A stretch of DNA of 54,692 bases from a virus (Duplodnaviria; Caudoviricetes), in the IMG/VR virus record IMGVR_UViG_3300016464_000352, positions 1 through 54,692 of that record. The stretch is one strand, 5' to 3'. The stretch's first letter is position 1; every line of letters starts with the position of its first letter. The notes under the pieces are model-generated. The model worked only from the letters and a program-made list of their open reading frames with translations. It ran no database searches and had not been told where the DNA came from. This document shows, one piece after another, positions 41,237-50,267 of this stretch. Position numbers and translations under genes: made by a program.

Positions 41237-41638
41237 ATGAATATGCCCTCTGGCAATTATTATGTTGGCGACCTTTGTTATGTTATGCATGATTGCTGGG
41301 AAGAAGTATGTGAATTGCTCTTTGAAGATCGAGATGATGGTGGGTGTAACGAGGGAGAATTCCAACTAAGGGATGGTCGTAGATTTTCAATCTATAATAC
41401 TGAATGTGGTGATGGTACATTCGAATCAACTGGGTTTGGGTTTTTCCCAGTCGATTCCGGTTCATTAGGTTGTATCTTGAGAGAAGATATTAAAGATAAT
41501 GATGCTAGCATTGATAATGGTAAAATAATACAATTTGATGAAGAATTCTCTGTATATAGAATCGGCGGGACTATTTCCTTCGGCAATAAATTAGATATCT
41601 ATACAGGATACGTGGAAGAGGAAGATTACGAAGATTAG
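41237..41638 (+). CDS. Hypothetical early protein (YYVGDLCYV...GDG...VDSG)
   Basis: Cassette ORF; paralog of 30825. Confidence 0.75.
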   Translation: MNMPSGNYYVGDLCYVMHDCWEEVCELLFEDRDDGGCNEGEFQLRDGRRFSIYNTECGDGTFESTGFGFFPVDSGSLGCILREDIKDNDASIDNGKIIQFDEEFSVYRIGGTISFGNKLDIYTGYVEEEDYED

Positions 41639-41695
41639 TTTACTTTCGGCCATGGATGGCCTATAATATACCCTGATTTGATAACTGGAGGCAAA

Positions 41696-41935
41696 ATGAC
41701 TAAAGACGAAATGCTAGATGCGCTGAAATCAAGCGTGGTGCTGGTGGATTTTACTAAAGTTTCGGGCGAACGACGAGTCCTGAAGTGTACTCTTAAGACG
41801 GATGTAATTCCTCCCAAGAAAGAGGGTTCAACGACTTCCAGGATTTCTGATGATGTGATCGCAGCCTGGGATATTGATAACAACGGATGGAGATCATTCA
41901 GGATTGATTCTGTAAATTCTTTTTCGGTGGAATAG
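41696..41935 (+). CDS. WYL_2/SH3-fold protein
   Basis: FTKVSGERRVLKCTL...WDIDNNGWRSFRIDS. Confidence 0.8.
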   Translation: MTKDEMLDALKSSVVLVDFTKVSGERRVLKCTLKTDVIPPKKEGSTTSRISDDVIAAWDIDNNGWRSFRIDSVNSFSVE

Positions 41936-42013
41936 TTTACTTTCGGCCATGGATGGCCTATAATAACGGCTTGGTTGGTTAAGTTTAATTGTTTAATTTG
42001 GAGAATTGAAAAT

Positions 42014-42319
42014 ATGTCTACTCTTATGTCTGTTGTTGATGCTGCTTCTTTCGCTGGCGTTTCTGTTAAGACCATCTATTATCATCTTAACACCAGCAAG
42101 AAACTTCATCCTATCTTCGATGGATATAATACGAAAGTGTTGAAGACTCAACTGCTTCAACTTTATCCGGCTCGTGGTGCTGGTTCTAAACAGTTCCTTT
42201 GTTCCGGTAGTCGTCGTGAAGCTGTGATTAACGAAGTCACTTCTCTGATCATAGAAAACGCTACTCTGGGAAATATGTATGTGGTTCAGAATCTTGCTCA
42301 TAGTCTGAAGAAAATCTAA
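42014..42319 (+). CDS. HTH (excisionase/MerR-like) DNA-binding protein
   Basis: LMSVVDAASFAGVSVKTIYYH. Confidence 0.6.
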   Translation: MSTLMSVVDAASFAGVSVKTIYYHLNTSKKLHPIFDGYNTKVLKTQLLQLYPARGAGSKQFLCSGSRREAVINEVTSLIIENATLGNMYVVQNLAHSLKKI

Positions 42320-42378
42320 ACTTTACTTTCGGCCATGGATGGCCTATACTATATCCTTACTTACTTGATGGAGTTTAT

Positions 42379-42612
42379 ATGTTAAGAAAAACTGCTTACA
42401 ACGGTCGCCGCACTTCCATTCTCTGTATGGTTCCTATGGAAAACCTAGAGGAAGTTAGATCTCTCTTGAAGAAGGTTGACGGAAAGTTCCGTGTTGAATA
42501 TCGTGGACCCAGGACTATCCCGGAAGATGTGAAAGCCAGAGATCAGCTTCGGAGACAAAATTCCTGTCTGAAGAAGTACGCTACGCATTTCTCTGTGTAT
42601 CCAATCTATTGA
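42379..42612 (+). CDS. Hypothetical early protein
   Basis: Cassette ORF, YRGPR...CLKKYATHFSVY. Confidence 0.7.
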   Translation: MLRKTAYNGRRTSILCMVPMENLEEVRSLLKKVDGKFRVEYRGPRTIPEDVKARDQLRRQNSCLKKYATHFSVYPIY

Positions 42613-42674
42613 TCCCCGCTTTACTTTCGGCCATGGATGGCCTATAATAACGGCTTGGTTAACTGGAGGCAAAA

Positions 42675-43088
42675 ATGGCAACTCGTTCTACTATAGCAAT
42701 TGAACTCAAAAACAAGAAAGTTCGTCAGGTATATTGCCATTATGATGGTTATCTTGAGCGTGTAGGGAAAATGCTAGTCGAAAATTATAACACAGAAGAA
42801 AAGGTCAATGAATTGCTTGACCTCGGAGATATTTCCTCGTTGTATGAATCTATAGGACATAAACATTCATTTGATGAGAAAATAGAAGGACGGTCAACCT
42901 TCTACGGACGAGATCGCGGTGATTCTGGAACCCAGGCCAGGTTATGGTCCTCATTGGAAGATTATGAGAGGAACGGGCAGTTCGAGGAATACAACTACAT
43001 CTTCAAGGATGGAGTCTGGTCTTGCGTTGGTGGTCAGTATGAAGATTGGATTGATGTAGAATACGAACTCTCTAAGAAAAACGTCTGA
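42675..43088 (+). CDS. Conserved phage early protein
   Basis: MATRSTI...VYCHYDGY...GDISSL...YGRDRG. Confidence 0.8.
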   Translation: MATRSTIAIELKNKKVRQVYCHYDGYLERVGKMLVENYNTEEKVNELLDLGDISSLYESIGHKHSFDEKIEGRSTFYGRDRGDSGTQARLWSSLEDYERNGQFEEYNYIFKDGVWSCVGGQYEDWIDVEYELSKKNV

Positions 43089-43148
43089 CTTTACTTTGGG
43101 CCATGGATGGCCTATAATAGCCTCTGAGTTGGTTAACTGGAGAAAAAA

Positions 43149-43373
43149 ATGAAAAATTGGTTCGATACGCTAAACGAAGCACTCGAGTCTGAAAATCTTC
43201 TGGAAACCTGGGATATACATTATCTACCAATTCAATACGGAGAAACTCGATCATACGCCTGGGATATACCCCAATCAGGAAAACCTCGTCCATATACATC
43301 CACAATATACATTTCGATCTATAGAAACGAACAAGGAAAATACGAAAGACCAATTCATTATTCTATAGTCTGA
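43149..43373 (+). CDS. Hypothetical early protein
   Basis: Cassette ORF. Confidence 0.7.
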   Translation: MKNWFDTLNEALESENLLETWDIHYLPIQYGETRSYAWDIPQSGKPRPYTSTIYISIYRNEQGKYERPIHYSIV

Positions 43374-43433
43374 CTTTACTTTCGGCCATGGATGGCCTAT
43401 AATAGCCTCTGAGTTGGTTAACTGGAGAAAAAA

Positions 43434-43694
43434 ATGAAACCATGGTCTGAATTTTGTCGCCTCCGCCATCACGGTCCCGATGGATTCTTCGGGTGTATTG
43501 ATAAAGATGGAGTCTGGTTTGATTCCTCTGAATCATTCAGGATCGCTGTACACTGGTGCGCGATGGAATTTGGAGTCAACGCCTCCACAGAGGAAGAACT
43601 CGAATGGTTCGAGACTTCGGGTCGTCGGTTTGGCCTCTCTATCGTACACTCCGATCAACTCCGGAAGATGTACGAAGCAGGACTTATTTCCTGA
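43434..43694 (+). CDS. Hypothetical early protein
   Basis: Cassette ORF. Confidence 0.65.
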   Translation: MKPWSEFCRLRHHGPDGFFGCIDKDGVWFDSSESFRIAVHWCAMEFGVNASTEEELEWFETSGRRFGLSIVHSDQLRKMYEAGLIS

Positions 43695-43752
43695 CTTTAC
43701 TTTGGGCCATGGATGGCCTATAATAACGTCTGATTTGATAACTGGAGGCAAA

Positions 43753-43956
43753 ATGTATAATCATATAGACGAAATCATTAAGACCATAGAAAAAAGATCT
43801 ATGGATCTTTTTAACGAAATATCCCATTCTTTTGTCCTGGGATATTTCGCCAGCCATATCCAGGCCGACCTGGATGATATAGGTCTTACGGAAGAACAGA
43901 CCAAGAAACTAGAATACTCTCTGGCTAGGATGAAGAGATTTGTAGAAAACTCCTGA
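43753..43956 (+). CDS. Hypothetical early protein
   Basis: Start reassigned to ATG after GGAGG. Confidence 0.7.
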   Translation: MYNHIDEIIKTIEKRSMDLFNEISHSFVLGYFASHIQADLDDIGLTEEQTKKLEYSLARMKRFVENS

Positions 43957-44015
43957 CTTTACTTTCGGCCATGGATGGCCTATAATAACGGCTTGGTTAC
44001 TTACTGGAGAGAAAA

Positions 44016-44237
44016 ATGGCCTCGATGTCCTACTGCCGATTCGAAAACACCGCGATTGATTTTCAGGCATGCCTGAATGACCTGGTTGAAGCCTGCAGCT
44101 TCAACGATTTGGATCATTCTTTGAGCGAAATAAATGCTCGGGAAGATTTATATGTCATGGCCAAGAAATTCATCAAGCAATATGAACACCTGATGAACGA
44201 GGATGACGAATTTGATCTAAGCGAATCTTGTTTCTGA
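44016..44237 (+). CDS. Conserved early protein (MSYCRFENT)
   Basis: Cassette ORF. Confidence 0.75.
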   Translation: MASMSYCRFENTAIDFQACLNDLVEACSFNDLDHSLSEINAREDLYVMAKKFIKQYEHLMNEDDEFDLSESCF

Positions 44238-44501
44238 CTTTACTTTGGGCCATGGATGGCCTATAATAACGTCTGATTTGATAACTGGAGGCAAAATGTA
44301 CGAAGTAGAAATTTACAGTCAGTTCGATATGGGTTATCTGATGAGTCAAGTGAACCTAACTGAAGAAGCCGCGATTGAGGCAGCAAAGGACTATGCGGCA
44401 CGGGGATTCTTTGTTGTTATTGTTCCTGGATAAGAACCAGCTTTACTTTCGGCCATGGATGGCCTATAATATACCCTGATTTGATAACTGGAGATTGAAA
44501 A

Positions 44502-44783
44502 ATGCCAAAGCCATCCTATCCTTACGAAGTAGAATCTAATATCCAGGGTATTCCGTGCATCATAGGAATATCGTCCTATGTTAATGTCCCTGGTAACCCA
44601 TATACATGGGATTCGGACGTTGACTATTATGGGTACGAAGAAATGGATTGGGGAGTTATGGACAGGAAAGGATATGCCGCTCCATGGTTGGAGAAGAAGT
44701 TGAACGATGGTGATCGCGATAGAATAGAAAGAGAAATCTCGGAATTCTTTGCGGATTTGAATAGCAATTACGATCCTTATTGA
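44502..44783 (+). CDS. Hypothetical early protein
   Basis: GIPCII...SDVDYYG...DRKGYAAPWLEKK. Confidence 0.75.
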   Translation: MPKPSYPYEVESNIQGIPCIIGISSYVNVPGNPYTWDSDVDYYGYEEMDWGVMDRKGYAAPWLEKKLNDGDRDRIEREISEFFADLNSNYDPY

Positions 44784-44844
44784 TTTTACTTTTGGCCATG
44801 GATGGCCTATAATACCGGCTTGGTTGAGCGATTTGGAGTAAAAT

Positions 44845-44985
44845 ATGAAGAAGGTGCTGATAGCGTGGATAGTCCTGGCTGCGGTAACGCCGGACTTTCT
44901 AAAGACCGCTCTTACCACGGGAGTTGACGTCTCCCATGGTATAGTTGCTGGAGTGATCGGAGGAATCGCCCAGGCAGCAAAATAG
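44845..44985 (+). CDS. Small hydrophobic protein (46 aa)
   Basis: Manual translation MKKVLIAWIVLAAVTP...; fills a cassette. Confidence 0.55.
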   Translation: MKKVLIAWIVLAAVTPDFLKTALTTGVDVSHGIVAGVIGGIAQAAK

Positions 44986-45063
44986 GAAAACTCCTGATTT
45001 TACTTTTCGGCCCCGAGCCGGTATAATACCGGCTTGGTTGGTTACTTAACTGGAGATTGAAAA

Positions 45064-45378
45064 ATGTACATTGAAGACGTCGTTAACGAAGCTTTCTCCG
45101 CTGCTCGTGAAGCTGAAAAGGCATTCCGTGAAGAACACGGTGAACCTTGGTTCTGCGGATTCGCCTGGGTGAATATAACCCCAGGAAATTCTAAGGTCGC
45201 GAATTTTCTCAAAAAGAAAAGCCTGGCCAGGAAATCCTATGATGGCGGAGTAGACGTTTGGAATCCAGGTGGGTCGTACACTCAGTCTATGGACGTGAAG
45301 GAAGCCGGAGCCCAGGCTTTCGCGGAGGTGTTGAGGAAATACGGATTCAAAGCATACGCCAGGAGTCGGGCTGACTGA
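45064..45378 (+). CDS. Conserved early protein
   Basis: CGFAWV...QSMDVKEAGAQAFAEVL...SRAD. Confidence 0.8.
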   Translation: MYIEDVVNEAFSAAREAEKAFREEHGEPWFCGFAWVNITPGNSKVANFLKKKSLARKSYDGGVDVWNPGGSYTQSMDVKEAGAQAFAEVLRKYGFKAYARSRAD

Positions 45379-45440
45379 CTTTACTTTCGGCCATGGATGG
45401 CCTATAATACCGGCTTGGTTGGTTAACTGGAGATTGAAAA

Positions 45441-45593
45441 ATGACTTTCTGGAATATATACATGATCGAGAAAAATGGCCAAGAAACTCTGTTGGACACC
45501 ATACCGTTCGACGACGATATGGATGAAATAGAAGTGTACCATTCGCTCGTGAACGACGGATATTCAGCCAGAATTCTAGTAACCCAGGATTAG
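45441..45593 (+). CDS. Small early protein (50 aa)
   Basis: Manual translation MTFWNIYM...SLVNDGY; resembles small ORF near 39682. Confidence 0.6.
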   Translation: MTFWNIYMIEKNGQETLLDTIPFDDDMDEIEVYHSLVNDGYSARILVTQD

Positions 45594-45654
45594 TTTACTT
45601 TGGGCCATGGATGGCCTATAATACCGGCTTGGTTGGTTAACTGGAGATTGAAAA

Positions 45655-45831
45655 ATGTACGTTTATCTCGTTGTATCTCTGTTTTCTTCGTCTGATGTTC
45701 TGTTGTCCGAGCCTATGACCATGCGCGAGTGTGCTCTCCGAGCCGAGTCCTTTCAAGAAGAACATCGACGCGATAAGGACATCAAGAAAGTAGACTGCAG
45801 GACTGGGATAGTTCTCTCTGAAAACGAATAG
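45655..45831 (+). CDS. Small early protein (58 aa)
   Basis: Manual translation MYVYLVVSLF...KDIKKVDC; resembles 48576..48776. Confidence 0.6.
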   Translation: MYVYLVVSLFSSSDVLLSEPMTMRECALRAESFQEEHRRDKDIKKVDCRTGIVLSENE

Positions 45832-46067
45832 TTTACTTTCGGCCATGGATGGCCTATAATACCGGCTTGGTTGGTTACTTAACTGGAGATTGGAAATGTC
45901 GGATAATGATATTGCTATGTTATCTATCCTGGTGTCTTTAGGTGTCTATCTTCTGAGGAAGATAGACACCGCGAAAAGAGTTTATCGGTAGTTTATCGGT
46001 AGTTTACTTTTCGGCCCCGAGCCGGTATAATACCGGCTTGGTTGGTTACTTAACTGGAGATTGAAAA

Positions 46068-46271
46068 ATGAAAAAAGAAATTATCCGCGCCCAGGTTGCT
46101 GCTGATGTATCCGAGTTCCTGAAAAAGAATTCTGTGACCGTATGCGAATCTAAGACCATTAAGAATAGGAATACCGCGTCCTGTCGGTATCGCCGAGGTA
46201 AGGACGACAAGAGAAACATAGGCGTGATTCCCGCCGGACTAACGTCCTGGTGGAATATCTTAGATAGGTAA
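46068..46271 (+). CDS. Hypothetical early protein
   Basis: Cassette ORF. Confidence 0.6.
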   Translation: MKKEIIRAQVAADVSEFLKKNSVTVCESKTIKNRNTASCRYRRGKDDKRNIGVIPAGLTSWWNILDR

Positions 46272-46356
46272 GTTTACTTTCCGCCCTACCTTTAGTATAA
46301 TAAAAAGGTAGGGCGGTTTAAGAAAAAACAATTTTTCCCCGTCCCTGGAGATAAAA

Positions 46357-46590
46357 ATGATTACTAAAGAATTTCTTTCCGGCCTTTCTTTCCGTCCTTT
46401 CGCCCGAGGAGACTGGGACGCTTACGCGGGATGTAATCCAGATTTTCCCTTCCCTCTTATCTCCTCAGTATACGAAGGAGAATCCTGGATAGGAGACGTA
46501 ATCCTAGACCGGAAAAGTGTATCATATATCCCTTTCGGCGCCAAGACCGACTACGATGAGGAATATTGCCTCCTGAAAGATTTAATCTAA
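46357..46590 (+). CDS. Hypothetical early protein
   Basis: Cassette ORF. Confidence 0.65.
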   Translation: MITKEFLSGLSFRPFARGDWDAYAGCNPDFPFPLISSVYEGESWIGDVILDRKSVSYIPFGAKTDYDEEYCLLKDLI

Positions 46591-46679
46591 AGTTTACTTT
46601 CCGCCCTATCTTTAGTATAATAAAAAGGTAGGGCGGTTTAGGAAAAAACAATTTTTTCCCCGTCCTCATGGAGATAAAG

Positions 46680-46889
46680 ATGGTTAAAATTTTTGCTCAG
46701 TCTTACCGCGAAGATTTCGTAGGCCGCAATTTTCCGGCGGTATTTTATACCGCAGAAAATCTAACGTCAGCAAAAGACGTCATTTTATCCTATAACGGGG
46801 ATTTAGGCGCTATAGATTTTTGGGTCATCGACGAAGAAGAAAATACGTGGTATCTTAACGATGAGGAAACCGGCCTTATAAAAGATTAA
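46680..46889 (+). CDS. Hypothetical early protein
   Basis: Cassette ORF, start after GGAG. Confidence 0.6.
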   Translation: MVKIFAQSYREDFVGRNFPAVFYTAENLTSAKDVILSYNGDLGAIDFWVIDEEENTWYLNDEETGLIKD

Positions 46890-47005
46890 ATCTTTTTCGG
46901 GCCAAGGATGGCCCTTTACTTAATCCGGGATTAGGAATCCTACTATCAGATATCCTAAGAATGTTGAAGATTCTGGGCGCGTAGACATTTTTACCGAGCA
47001 AAGAG

Positions 47006-47231
47006 CATAAAACCCTTTCATCAGAAAAAAAAAAATTACGGCAGAAAACTCATAAAAACCCTTCATCAGAAAAAAAAATTACGGCAGAAAACCATTAAAA
47101 ACCCCGCGATATAAAAAAATTTTTTCCAGCAGAAAACGATTAAAAACCCCGCGATATAAAAAAATTTTTTCCAGCAGAAAACCATTAAAAACCCCGCGAT
47201 ATAAAAAAATTTTTTCCAGCAGAAAACGATT
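47006..47231. repeat. Non-coding tandem repeats (2 x ~43 bp then 3.3 x 45 bp)
   Basis: gcagaaaac(c/g)attaaaaaccccgcgatataaaaaaattttttcca at 47084, 47129, 47174, partial 47219. Confidence 0.9.
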
Positions 47232-47765
47232 AGAGAGGTAAGAGATAATGAAGTATTTTTCTATTATGTACAAGGGATTTTGTCTTCAGCAGACAGACAA
47301 GGGATGGTATATTATGTGCGCTCCAGATTGGGGAAAGTTTGGACCAGTACCACCTCCTCCATACGAGACTAGTTTAATTTGCCAGGTAGTAATTGATTCT
47401 TATATATTAGTATGAAGATATATTTGTTATTAGGATTAATAATAGGGACTGAGATTGGTTGGTATATGGGTACAGGATATGGTATACATTTAATAGCCAA
47501 GAAACAGGAAGTTATGCCAATAGAGGATTACAGCAGATTAAGAGATATAGAGAGAGAATTAGATAATAGCAGATGGTTATATTTTTAATAAATAGTTTAT
47601 TAAATAGGAGAAATTTATGAGCAATATAATCAAGCAAACCACACAATATTTAAATCAGAAGAAGAAGACTCCGGAGCCTGTTAGAAACGAAAATCTGATA
47701 CAACAAGCAGCAGATTATTTAAATAACAAGCCCCGCAGACAGGGAAGTAATCAGAAGATTGAGGA

Positions 47766-48002
47766 TTACCTAGTAGATTGAATAGTATCTTCTAGATCAT
47801 AGATATAGTTTTTAATCATAGAGTCCCTTTTAATCAGAAGATTTTTAGTATCATCAGAGAGACATTGAAGTTGATCTGATGATATTTTAGGAATTTCTGG
47901 TTTCAGGGGATTTTTAATAGGTATTTGGACATATACAATTTTATCTTTATAGATTGTACAGCTAGTCATTAAAAACATTATCAGGATCAGATTTAGTTTC
48001 AT
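47766..48002 (-). CDS. Lipoprotein, o-spanin-like
   Basis: MKLNLILIMFLMTSC lipobox, Pro-rich segment, helical end. Confidence 0.6.
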   Translation of the reverse strand: MKLNLILIMFLMTSCTIYKDKIVYVQIPIKNPLKPEIPKISSDQLQCLSDDTKNLLIKRDSMIKNYIYDLEDTIQSTR

Positions 48003-48246
48003 TCTTTTTTCTAGGTTTCTTTTTAGTTTCTTGTTTGATTTCCAGTTGTTTAACTTCTTCTTTTGAGGGAACATGATCTTTTGTTATAACACCGAGAATA
48101 CCCGCCAGAGTCATACCAGCAGTTACAATAGCTTCTCTTTGTTCAGGTTCCAGAGCAAACCCCGCAGCAGTTATAATCCAGACAAGACCTCTCCATGAGT
48201 TAGGTTCTTTAAGCCTTTCGAGTATATAGTCAAGTACAGCAGACAT
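47962..48246 (-). CDS. Holin-like two-TM protein
   Basis: ERLKEPNSWRGLVWI...LAGILGVIT, charged C-tail. Confidence 0.6.
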   Translation of the reverse strand: MSAVLDYILERLKEPNSWRGLVWIITAAGFALEPEQREAIVTAGMTLAGILGVITKDHVPSKEEVKQLEIKQETKKKPRKKNETKSDPDNVFND

Positions 48247-48470
48247 CAGGAAGCCTTCTTTTTAAGATATGCCACACTAAGTTCAATGGCAAGGTTAACA
48301 AGATGATTAGCGATACCAATACCCAATAGTTCGAGTTCACCAATCACACCAGCACGTTTTTCCGGACCAGACAATTCTTTATCGCTCCAGCGTTTAACCA
48401 CCGCAAGAATTCGCTCAAAGACGCCAGAACCTAGAATAATAGCAGCGATCATTTTTATTGCTACGTTCAT
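48246..48470 (-). CDS. Small membrane-associated protein
   Basis: LSGPEKR...NLAIELSV; TAAATA late-type promoter upstream. Confidence 0.6.
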   Translation of the reverse strand: MNVAIKMIAAIILGSGVFERILAVVKRWSDKELSGPEKRAGVIGELELLGIGIANHLVNLAIELSVAYLKKKAS

Positions 48471-48575
48471 ATTAACTCCTTTAAATAAAGGTATTTATTA
48501 AAATTTACAAATTTTCTAATTTAGGTTATAATATAAATAATCTGACCCTACTCAAACTTTATTCATAGGAAAATT

Positions 48576-48776
48576 ATGCACTGGTTCCTGGTTATTTACA
48601 TGTATTCCACCCCTGATTTATTAGTCACTGAGACAGAATCTAAAGAGAGATGTTTAAGTTTAAGGAACGAATTAAGGCAAGAATTATATAACAACAAAGA
48701 TTTAAAGAAGATATCATGCGAGAGAGGCGAGATATTGGATAGTTACAAACCGGAGACAAGTGATGAGTCGTTATAA
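48576..48776 (+). CDS. Hypothetical protein
   Basis: Paralog of 45655..45831. Confidence 0.6.
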   Translation: MHWFLVIYMYSTPDLLVTETESKERCLSLRNELRQELYNNKDLKKISCERGEILDSYKPETSDESL

Positions 48777-49292
48777 TAGAACATTATATAAATTAATACA
48801 ACAAAAAAACTTACCTGTTTATTTATCTAGCGAAGATGGAAAGTACTGGGATGTATTTTCAAAGGATAACGATTTATTAATTTTTAATGATCTGCAGAAA
48901 GAAAGTGCAATAGAATTTTGTAAAGAATTAGGATTTAATATATTAGCATTTATCAGAATAAAAGATAAAAAGAATTATATAGAATGAAAAGAAAACAATT
49001 CGATAAATTAAATTTTGAGATCGAGATATTACCCTCAGGAAGAACTAATCTCAAACATAAAAAACAATTTAAGATAAATGGTTTAACTACTATTTGTAAT
49101 AGAAGAGGAGTTTGGACAATGACATTTAGTTATCCTCTTGCTGAAACTATAGATAGAATTAAAACATTAGAATTTATTGAGGAGAAATTATGACAGCAAA
49201 AAATGATATTACCGGAGATTCAATTAGAACAAAATCATCTTCGCAGAAGTACATAGATAATTACGATGCAATATTCAGAAAGGACAAAGAAA

Positions 49293-49724
49293 ATGAAAAA
49301 CAACTTGAATTGGATTTTAGCGATTGTTCTGACCCTGATCACATCTGTAAGTGTGGGGAAAACTAATTATAAAGTTACTAGAGTGATAGATGGAGATACG
49401 ATAGAGTTCAGGGCAGATTTTTTACCAGCTCCCCTGAAGCCTGTATTATCTTTGAGAATAGTTGGTGTAGATACTCCAGAGAAAGGTTCACATTCTCATT
49501 GCGAACTAGAAGAAGGAATGGCCCAGGAAGCAACCGATTTCACTAAGTCTCTGGTAGAAAAAAGTTCCGAGCAAGTTATCATAATCAAGGGATGGGATAA
49601 GTACGGCGGAAGAGTCCTGGGAGACGTTTTTCTGGATGGAAAAAGTCTTAGAACTAGCTTATTAGATAAAGGGTTTGCTAGGCCATATTTCGGAAATAAA
49701 AAACAATCTTGGTGCGAGGAATAG
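49293..49724 (+). CDS. Thermonuclease (SNase-like) with signal/TM
   Basis: RVIDGDTI, RIVGVDTPE, DKYGGRVLG. Confidence 0.9.
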   Translation: MKNNLNWILAIVLTLITSVSVGKTNYKVTRVIDGDTIEFRADFLPAPLKPVLSLRIVGVDTPEKGSHSHCELEEGMAQEATDFTKSLVEKSSEQVIIIKGWDKYGGRVLGDVFLDGKSLRTSLLDKGFARPYFGNKKQSWCEE

Positions 49725-50267
49725 ATGAAGAAATTTAAAGAACATTTAACCGATGAGGTTATAGTAGAAGCTATAGATTATCATATAGAAAAAAATCTTC
49801 CCCTGGAAGAATGTATGTTTAGATACGGTTCTCAAAAATATTTTGAATATTTTCAGGAATTAAAGAAACTTTTCATTAATGATAATTTAGATGAAAATTT
49901 ACTTTCTCTGGAATTAATTGATATCCTAGAATCAGATATCGGAGAATTTGCTGAATTTGATGGCGAAAGAGTTCCATTAGATTTTATCATGGAAGAAGAA
50001 ACTCCAGAACTTAATAAGCCAAAGAAGGGCGGTCCTAAGAAGTTTTATGTTTATGTCAGAGATCCTCAGACAAAGAATATCAAGAAAATAACATTTGGAG
50101 ATACTACAGGATTGAGCGTGAAATATGATAACCCAGAAAGAAAAAAATCATTTGCAGCAAGACATCAATGCTCAACAAAAACCGATAAAACTTCTGCGGG
50201 ATATTGGGCTTGTAGATCGAATAGATATTTTGGAACAACGCCAGCAGCAAGAGCAGGATATTGGTAA
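49725..50267 (+). CDS. Conserved T4-like protein, putative capsid-internal
   Basis: MKKFKEHL N-term; KKFYVYV...FGD...SFAARHQC...AGYWACR. Confidence 0.75.
   Translation: MKKFKEHLTDEVIVEAIDYHIEKNLPLEECMFRYGSQKYFEYFQELKKLFINDNLDENLLSLELIDILESDIGEFAEFDGERVPLDFIMEEETPELNKPKKGGPKKFYVYVRDPQTKNIKKITFGDTTGLSVKYDNPERKKSFAARHQCSTKTDKTSAGYWACRSNRYFGTTPAARAGYW

Larger units (their letters stand above)
37783..46914 (+). repeat. Array of ~27 repeated early-promoter/RBS cassettes
   Basis: -35 boxes at 37783, 38552, 39079, 39837, 40138, 40532, 40793, 41078, 41178, 41639, 41936, 42322, 42620, 43090, 43375, 43696, 43958, 44239, 44442, 44785, 44999, 45380, 45594, 45832, 46003, 46273, 46593; about 20 carry GGCCATGGATGGC(C/T) in the 17-bp spacer. 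Confidence 0.95.

Noticed and set aside
40453-45846. Minus-strand ORFs containing IIGHPWPKV or MAESK
   Set aside because: Shadow translations of the promoter repeat, antisense to well-formed cassette genes
39079-45860. CRISPR array
   Set aside because: Inter-repeat segments are ~150-750 bp of variable length and encode ORFs; repeats parse as promoters; no cas genes seen
37783-46914. Integron with attC sites
   Set aside because: No tyrosine recombinase in the window and no RYYYAAC...GTTRRRY attC structure; cassettes carry their own promoters
47079-47273. 64-aa repeat ORF
   Set aside because: By-product of the 45-bp tandem repeat, no supporting signals
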